NCBI GenBank assembly: GCA_004524535.1
Contig: SDNY01000098.1
Span: 1-13,747, forward strand
DNA from: Promethearchaeota archaeon
GTDB lineage: Archaea > Asgardarchaeota > Lokiarchaeia > Sigyniarchaeales > SOKP01
Direction of reading: 5' to 3'
Length of the DNA stretch: 13,747 nt
The translations under genes and the position numbers were made by a program. The first letter of the stretch is position 1; every line of letters begins with the position of its first letter. Positions 4,769 to 11,700 of the stretch are shown piece by piece. The notes beneath the pieces were generated by a model that was not told where the DNA came from, ran no database searches, and saw only the letters and a program-made list of their open reading frames with translations.

Positions 4769-7195
4769 TTAGACATGAAGTTTTTTACGCCAAAATTTAA
4801 CTTTATTTATTAATTGTTTTATCTCTTTATCATTTAATCTATTTTGTACAAATTTTAAATCGGCAATAGCAAGGTTAATCGGAGCAATAACCCCTGAGTA
4901 TCCTTTTTGGCTCTCAATATTATTTTTGAGTTGATCTAAAATTGACGCAATTTGAGCTCCTGTCATATTATCAGCATTATTTGCGAGATGATCAAATATT
5001 TGTTCCATAGAAGCGTCTTTTGGTAGAAAAGTCCCTGCTGAAATACTGGATACTGCTTTTGCAGGTGTTTTAACTTTTTTTAATTTTTGAGAAGGTTTTG
5101 GTTTAGGTGCTTCTTTTGGTTTAGTTGGTTTAGGGGCTTCTGTTGCTTTAGTTGGTTTAGGGGCTTCTGTTGCTTTAGTTGGTTTAGGGGCCTCTGTTGC
5201 TTTAATTGGTTCACTCACTGTAGCTGTTCCCATAGAAGGCGCGAACCCTTTTTGAGCTCCAACCCATGCATCTTCTAGGATAGGAACAAATATCTTTATA
5301 TGTTCTTGAATTATACTACCAATACCTGCAATTTCCGTTCCGGTATCTGTCTTTGAGATTACGCACAATATAACTTCTTCATAATCTCGATTGATCCCCC
5401 ATAAATTTTGTAATTTGCGATTTCTTACAGTAATATTTTGCATTTTAGTTAATTCTTCTAAAATTGCTACATGTGCCGGATTAGATAGATCAGTGTTAGT
5501 AGCAATTCTAATGTTTATATGTTTTTTACATGCCTTAATTGAATCAAGATTGATATCCGTGATTTGAGGGGTTACGATCAGTACCCTCATTTTAGCTTGT
5601 GACACTTCATCGTTTACATGAGCTTTTGCTCCTTCTATAGAACGTATAAACCATATATCTTTCATTGTTAATGCAGCAGCACCGCCGCCTCCTTGTGCAG
5701 CTTGTTCCCAGAATTGTTTTGTAGCCATTTCACTTACTTCTAATCTCTCTAAAATATCGTTTAGAATATTGTTTAATGCTTCGACGATTTTTGAAGAAAA
5801 AGTATCTTTTAAATTATCAAAACTTTCAAAGACACCTTCCGACATTCCACCGAGTTTTTCTTCAGCCATTGTTACAGCTTTACTAAAGTTTTTACTTATG
5901 TCCCCGAAGAGCTGTTTTATTGCATCCCCAGATTCAGCCGTTGTTGAAGTGATTCCTTTAATATTACTAACAGTGCTTTCGATTGAATCTTTTAATTTCG
6001 AAATTAATTCTTTATTAAACTGATCAGTCATATTTTTTAGTCCATCACTCTGAACTTTCTGAATTTCACCCAGTTGCTTATTAAGACCGATTTTTGTTTT
6101 AACTAAACCATCTTTGGAAGCTTTCTGAATTTCACCGAGTTGTGCATTTAGATTTTCTGTTATTTTTGCTAGCCATTCTGTAAAACTGGTCTCAATTACT
6201 TGATCTACGGCTTGTTGGACTACTCCTAAACGCAGTTTTTGTAGATTTTTTGAAACCCTTGACTTCATATCATTAAATTGCTTTTTAAAATTATCGATTT
6301 GAGATTCTACAATCCCAGTTATCTGTGCATTAATTTTGTCAAATTGCCCAGTTAAATCTTCAACTTGACTGTCCATAGCTTTAGATATTTTATCACCAAG
6401 ACCTTCAAATTGTTTCTCTAATGTAGCTGTCTGCTTATCCATAACTTTTTTTGCATCGCCTTCAAGATTGAGAATGAAATCCTGAAGTCCAGTAATTTCT
6501 TCTATTACAGAAGCAGTTTGATCAAACTTTTTCCTCTGGGTTAAAATATCCGAAAGTGTTTTTTCTTTTAAATCTAACATGAAGTCGGTATATTCTTTAA
6601 TATTTTTAATCCCATCGGCTTGTGCTTCAAGGCGAGAAAAGGATTTGTTTAATTCAATCGGGGCGTTTTTCTTAAAATCTACAATATAAGTATGAAAATC
6701 TTCTAATTGACTGACTAGGGCAGCATAAGGAGGCAACGCGGTATAATGTGGGGTTGCTCCAACAATTTCTCTAAATAAACCTTTTTTAACAAAAAGATCT
6801 GCCATTTTCTTAGTTGCTTCTTTAGGTTTATCAGCTAAAATCGCTAATTCGCCAAGAGAAACCGCATCTCGCCCAGTAATTCGCACATATAATTCAATTT
6901 CTTCATTAGATAACCCTAGGTTACTTAACACTTGTCTAGTTAATTCCTCATCTTGAGTTGCCTTTTCTTCATCTACTTCTACTTCTTCTATTTTAAAATT
7001 ATCAATATCGAGATTTTTATTAATGTAAACAACTAAACGATGTTTTGGCGTTGTTCCGTGAACGCTTTCTCTTTTAAAGGGAAATTTCTTTATTTTTTTA
7101 TATTCCTCAGCAGATATCGTAAATTTTATTTCTTTTAGGCATAATTTGCAATTAAGAGAGATTTCAATTTCATTTTGATCTTTAAATAAATACAA
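4769..7195 (-). CDS. Multidomain TrmB-family-like protein: CxxC/H/H Zn-like domain, TrmB winged HTH, long amphipathic helical region, degenerate PLD-like effector domain, Pro/Lys linker, C-terminal helical domain
   Basis: TTG start, 808 aa. N-terminus CKLC…VHG…KH. TrmB-type wHTH LSNLGLSNEEIELY…FVKKGLFREIVGATPHYTALPP. About 330 aa of helical repeat. IWFIRSIEGAKAHVNDEVSQAKMRVLIVTP…LWGINRDYEEVIL…ILEDAW (5264-5656) follows the PLD-like TrmB C-terminal pattern without an HKD motif. Confidence 0.8.
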   Translation of the reverse strand: MYLFKDQNEIEISLNCKLCLKEIKFTISAEEYKKIKKFPFKRESVHGTTPKHRLVVYINKNLDIDNFKIEEVEVDEEKATQDEELTRQVLSNLGLSNEEIELYVRITGRDAVSLGELAILADKPKEATKKMADLFVKKGLFREIVGATPHYTALPPYAALVSQLEDFHTYIVDFKKNAPIELNKSFSRLEAQADGIKNIKEYTDFMLDLKEKTLSDILTQRKKFDQTASVIEEITGLQDFILNLEGDAKKVMDKQTATLEKQFEGLGDKISKAMDSQVEDLTGQFDKINAQITGIVESQIDNFKKQFNDMKSRVSKNLQKLRLGVVQQAVDQVIETSFTEWLAKITENLNAQLGEIQKASKDGLVKTKIGLNKQLGEIQKVQSDGLKNMTDQFNKELISKLKDSIESTVSNIKGITSTTAESGDAIKQLFGDISKNFSKAVTMAEEKLGGMSEGVFESFDNLKDTFSSKIVEALNNILNDILERLEVSEMATKQFWEQAAQGGGGAAALTMKDIWFIRSIEGAKAHVNDEVSQAKMRVLIVTPQITDINLDSIKACKKHINIRIATNTDLSNPAHVAILEELTKMQNITVRNRKLQNLWGINRDYEEVILCVISKTDTGTEIAGIGSIIQEHIKIFVPILEDAWVGAQKGFAPSMGTATVSEPIKATEAPKPTKATEAPKPTKATEAPKPTKPKEAPKPKPSQKLKKVKTPAKAVSSISAGTFLPKDASMEQIFDHLANNADNMTGAQIASILDQLKNNIESQKGYSGVIAPINLAIADLKFVQNRLNDKEIKQLINKVKFWRKKLHV
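5120..5211. repeat. 27-bp coding tandem repeat, 3 full copies + 1 partial, encoding (KATEAPKPT)n
   Basis: Unit tttagttggtttaggggcttctgttgc at 5120-5146, 5147-5173 and 5174-5200 (third copy has one substitution), partial copy to 5211. Confidence 0.95.
6020..6451 (-). repeat. 22-residue (66-bp) amphipathic helical repeats inside the 808-aa protein
   Basis: KKVMDKQTATLEKQFEGLGDKI / SKAMDSQVEDLTGQFDKINAQI / TGIVESQIDNFKKQFNDMKSRV (6451-6254) and LNAQLGEIQKASKDGLVKTKIG / LNKQLGEIQKVQSDGLKNMTDQ (6151-6020). The 16-mer ctttctgaatttcacc recurs at 6055 and 6121, 66 bp apart. Confidence 0.8.
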
Positions 7196-7230
7196 CTTTT
7201 AAACTCAACTCTTTTATGCTTCAATCTATA

Positions 7231-8511
7231 TTAAAATTCGATTTTCTCTGGATATGTAGTTTCTAAAAGATCATATGCTTTCTTAGCTATTTGATAGGAT
7301 ATTCGTGTTTCTTCTTTGGGAGTTTTAAAAGAATTTCGAATATACGGAAGAATGTATTCCGGAAATATCACTAATGGCTCTATATCTGTTAATAATGCTA
7401 TCCATTTTCGTTCTTGTTCTTCTCCTTCTATTTTTTCTTTTAGAGGAATCTCAGTTATTATATTTAATTTCTTTAAATTATCTAAAAGAATATCTGTCAC
7501 AGCAAAATCTGAGAAAACTTTAGGAATCTTATCCAAAGGATAGTAATTAGAGCGCAGAAGGGCAAAAAAATCGTATATATCTGGATTCAAAAGTATTGAA
7601 GCTAATTTTCTAGTTTCTTCAATAGGTTCTTTTAGCGGATCGTATTTTGAAAAGAATTCATTTACCTTTTCTCTATACAATTCAAATAATTCGCTTTTCG
7701 TTTCTTTTAAATGATTAAATAAATATGCACTTGGAGTGCGTGCTAATACAAGATCTTTTATTAAAAATAAAAATTCACCTTGATTTGTAATTATACCAGT
7801 TTTTTTATCCTTTTCCCCTTTGCTCCAATCACGTCGAACTAGATTTAATTCTAAAAACGGTCTAAGAAGTATGTCAATGTTTATAGTAGGCTTTATTTTT
7901 TCAATAGAACTTTTCAGTTCTTCTTTTAAAATTGGCCTTTCGCGTAAAATTTCTAACATTTTTAATCGCTCAGGACTATTATATATTAAAGCAACTTTCT
8001 GAAGTTTGTCTAATCTACTTAATCTTTCAATTTGAAAGATGGCGAATTTGAGTTCGTTAGCCAGCCTGATATTCACATTAGAAATTTGAGAGATCTGTTT
8101 TGCGTTTTGAGCTCTTATGAGTGTCTGTAAGATAACATCCAATCTGCTTGCTAAATCTTTAAATATATCCTCAAATAGCTCGATCTCATCGTCTAATTCA
8201 AAAATTGCAATTGCAATAAATTGTGAACCGTCATTTTCTTGTCTAAAATAAGAAAAAGCTTGATAGGGAGTTTCTTTTAGACGGCCTGTATAAAAATTAC
8301 TAACCCCTGATTCAAGTTTGTAAATTCCAGTTGTATGTTGATAAAAAGTAGCAAAAAGATCGTTCTCAATAATTAAATCGGCAAAATTATCTTTTGTAAA
8401 ACGCTCTTCTCCTTCTTTAAAAATAATTTGTATTGGTCGGAATTCGGGGGAAATTTCCCCACTATCAGTTGTATTTAAAACAAATTGAAATGTTAATATA
8501 CCTTGGATCAA
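7231..8511 (-). CDS. Hypothetical protein: putative N-terminal longin-like domain + two tandem winged-helix domains
   Basis: TTG start, 426 aa, preceded by an AAGGCGAT SD-like motif. The N-terminal ~165 aa show a beta-beta-alpha-beta-beta-beta-alpha-alpha pattern (GILTFQF…QAFSYF…FIAIAIFELDDEIELFEDIFKDLASRL). The C-terminal half contains an internal duplication with wHTH pattern. The CDS is secure; the domain names are inference. Confidence 0.65.
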   Translation of the reverse strand: MIQGILTFQFVLNTTDSGEISPEFRPIQIIFKEGEERFTKDNFADLIIENDLFATFYQHTTGIYKLESGVSNFYTGRLKETPYQAFSYFRQENDGSQFIAIAIFELDDEIELFEDIFKDLASRLDVILQTLIRAQNAKQISQISNVNIRLANELKFAIFQIERLSRLDKLQKVALIYNSPERLKMLEILRERPILKEELKSSIEKIKPTINIDILLRPFLELNLVRRDWSKGEKDKKTGIITNQGEFLFLIKDLVLARTPSAYLFNHLKETKSELFELYREKVNEFFSKYDPLKEPIEETRKLASILLNPDIYDFFALLRSNYYPLDKIPKVFSDFAVTDILLDNLKKLNIITEIPLKEKIEGEEQERKWIALLTDIEPLVIFPEYILPYIRNSFKTPKEETRISYQIAKKAYDLLETTYPEKIEF

Positions 8512-8761
8512 TTTTATAATCGCCTTATATTTTTTTTATCGCATTTCTATTATGGTTAATATAATAATAATAATTTTTTACTTTAAAATAATTTATCACT
8601 GGATAATTTATTAATCAAATAAAATTTTATAAATAATAATATCATATTTTTAATTTAGTAAAATATAATTAAAATAGAGCATTTTAAATTTAATAATCTT
8701 ATAACATCATATACACATAAACGATTTAGAGTTAGAATCCAATTAAAGAGGATATTTTTAC
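8512..8761. promoter_or_regulatory. Divergent promoter region; SD-like GAGGAT at 8748-8753 before the surface-protein ATG
   Basis: 250-bp extremely AT-rich gap between divergent genes, with several TTTAAA/TTTATA boxes. Individual promoters cannot be assigned. Confidence 0.4.
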
Positions 8762-11700
8762 ATGTATTGGAAAAAGCAAGAAAGCAAAAAAATCTTTTAT
8801 CTCTCAATTGTTTTATTGTTTTTAGTTTTGAATTTCATTATGATAAATTTTAATAATACTCCAAATGCTCAAAACAATGAAAAAAGCAATAATTCCTATA
8901 TAAATCTTCAGGAGAACCTTCAAGAAAGAGATTTTAAGAGCCATGGTACTGTTGAGGACGAATTCACAGAGGAGTGGCTTCAAAATGGAAATTTTACATC
9001 TGGAACCGATCCATGGTATAATACTACAGCAGGAGATTCTTCTGATGTTAAAGCTTCTTACAGTGATGGAGCGGCGAATTATGAAGTCTTGGGAAATAAT
9101 GGAACGTTTTCAATAATAAACTCTCCACCAAGTAGCTCAGATTGGAGCCCTAAGAAGAATCCTGATTTTCCTTTAAAACCTAACGGAAGGTATAACCAAG
9201 CTACAATCAACAGTGGTTATGGAATTGATAGTGAAGGATGTTGGGCTACTCATGAATATGATGAATCGATTAATCAAACAGATAACTTTCCTAGTATCCA
9301 TTTTGAACGTAATGTAAATATGCCAGTTAATATGTCAGATTATATAATCACTTCAGCATCTGTATCAGCGTATTTTAACGCAACAGTAACTACAAATCTA
9401 GAAGTTGATGGTGATGACATGAGTGGTGACAATGGATATTCGGGAGTCTGGGATTGGGTAAGGTTTTACGTATTAATTTCAGATTTGGATAATATAAATG
9501 AATATCAAATAGCTAATTATAGAACAGATGATTTAGGTAGTGGAAATTGTCCACGCGCTAGTTTGGGGACACCTTATTACATGGGAGACACTGCAATGAT
9601 TCCAGTTGACGGGCCAACTCTAATTTATTACTTAACATCAGTTTTAAGTAGAGATTACCGTAATTTTACAATTACTTTAGGAATTCATATTTATGCTGAA
9701 GATAATTATCCAAACTATGATTGGGATACTTTCCGAAGATTACTCATTAAGAATTTTAGTTTGTCAATTTCTTATGTGAAAAAGATTGACCCTCTTACAT
9801 CATTATCATGGAATCAGATTGGAAATGAAATTCCTAGTGATAGTAACGTGGATATTTCTAAAGCTGTGCTTAATTTTTCTTACCGAATTAATGAAACCTG
9901 GTCTACCTCATTGTCTCCAAATTCAGAGATTAGAATGATAATAAATGACACTCAACATTCTGAATCAATCAAATTGAGTGCTTTTTCGACTGAATGGCAG
10001 ACGTCTAGTTTCGATGTTACTTATGCAGTTCTGACAACCGGAAAAGGCGTAAATATTTCACTTTCAATTCAAGTATTTCTTGCTGACGAATTTAGATTAG
10101 ATCGAGTGATAAAGATTTCGATAGATAATGTTTCTCTTGAAATTACATATACTATAAGTACTGTAGAAACACTTACAGAATTAGAATTATTCCTAAATGG
10201 AATAGATAAATCTCTTGATAAATCTATTGAAGTTGCGTGGCGTGAAACTGTGAACATCACAGTGACATATAGAAATAGTACTTCAGGAAATTCTATTTTG
10301 GGGGCCTTAGTAGATGTTAATGGACCGGGAATTTCGGAAATTTTAAATACAATTGGGAGCAATTATTCTGTTGTAATAAATTCAACTGATTTATCATTTG
10401 GTAATAATTATTTAACTCTCCATGCAGAAAAGAAGTATTACGAATCTATAACTGAAACCATAAAAATTACGGTTGTAGAACGCCCCACATATTTAGATAA
10501 CATTTATTTGAATTATACAGAGCAAATATCTATTAATATGCAGTATAACGAAATCTTGAACATCACGGTCTCTTACAACGATACGTTAAGTAATAAATTT
10601 ATTAGTGGTGCTACTGTAAGCTTAAATGGCACAGGGATTTCAGAACCCATGCCTGAGAATAGTCAAAAACAATATTCGGTAGAGATTAACACAACAGACT
10701 TAACTCTTGGACTTAATTTCTTAACGATCTCTGCTCAAAAAGAGAATTATTCTCTCGCTTCAGAAGCGATAACTATTGCAGTAAATTTAAAGGATACATA
10801 TTTAGATGTTTCTTTTAACGGCACATCTACAACAGAGTTTGATTATTATAATATCTCGATTGGTGAAGAATTGAATATAACGGCGTGGTATAGAGAAGCG
10901 GATACATCTGCTTTTATTGATTCTGCGACAGTAGATTTAATTTCTGCGCCTATTGGAACCCAACCGATGCCTCATCATCCTACGTATGATCAATATAATA
11001 GAACTATTAATGCTACTGATTTGGGAGTAGGAGTTCAGTTTTTAACAATTTCAGCTCAAAAGGAGAACTTTACGTCCCGATCAGTAACTGTTTCAGTAAT
11101 AATATATGAACGAGCAACAAATATACGATTATGGTTGAATAAAACTGAAATGCCGATATCGAATCCCTCAATTACATTAAACGTAAATGAAACTTTGAAC
11201 ATTACTGTTACATATAGAGATTTTCAATCATCAGAGCATCTAAGTGAAGCAGCCGGCGCAGGAGTTAGGATTTTCGGCAGTGGTATTGATGATGATTTTA
11301 CTGAAGATGGTGCTCAAGAGCAGTATACGTATTTTCTTAATTCATCAGATTTATCCCAAGGAGTCAATTTTGTAAATATTTTAGCAGAACGAGATGGTTA
11401 TGAGTCTCAATATATCTTACTTACGATTATAATTACAGAACGGAACACCAGTATAGAACTATTTTTAAATGGCACTGATTTTTCACATATCAGTTATTTT
11501 ACATATAAGTTAACAATAGGGGAATATCTAAATATTACAATAAAATACAATGATTGGCTAACTGGCGCTCATATTGAATTAGCATCGGTAAATCTAGAAG
11601 GTGAAGGTATTAATAAACCACTTCCTGAAAATAATAAATTGGGGCATTATTCAATCATTTTAGATTCTGAAGAGTTAAATCAGGGGATAAATTTCCTAAC

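Noticed and set aside
5120-5211. 27-bp repeat considered as a CRISPR array (likewise the 24-bp repeat at 13316-13459)
   Set aside because: Copies are head-to-tail with no spacers, are in frame within CDSs, and no cas genes are present.
5087-5278. 63-aa plus-strand ORF with (FSWFRGFCC)n, superficially a Cys-rich peptide
   Set aside because: It is the antisense reading of the 27-bp KATEAPKPT repeat.
5769-6023. 84-aa plus-strand ORF
   Set aside because: Antisense shadow of the 808-aa gene.
5700-6700. SMC or methyl-accepting chemotaxis protein call for the helical region of the 808-aa protein
   Set aside because: No Walker A/B motifs, SMC hinge or MCP hairpin signature was seen; any such similarity would be compositional.
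7316-8002. Plus-strand ORFs 7316..7543 and 7820..8002
   Set aside because: Antisense shadows of the 426-aa gene.
10069-10362. 97-aa minus-strand ORF
   Set aside because: Antisense shadow within the surface glycoprotein gene.
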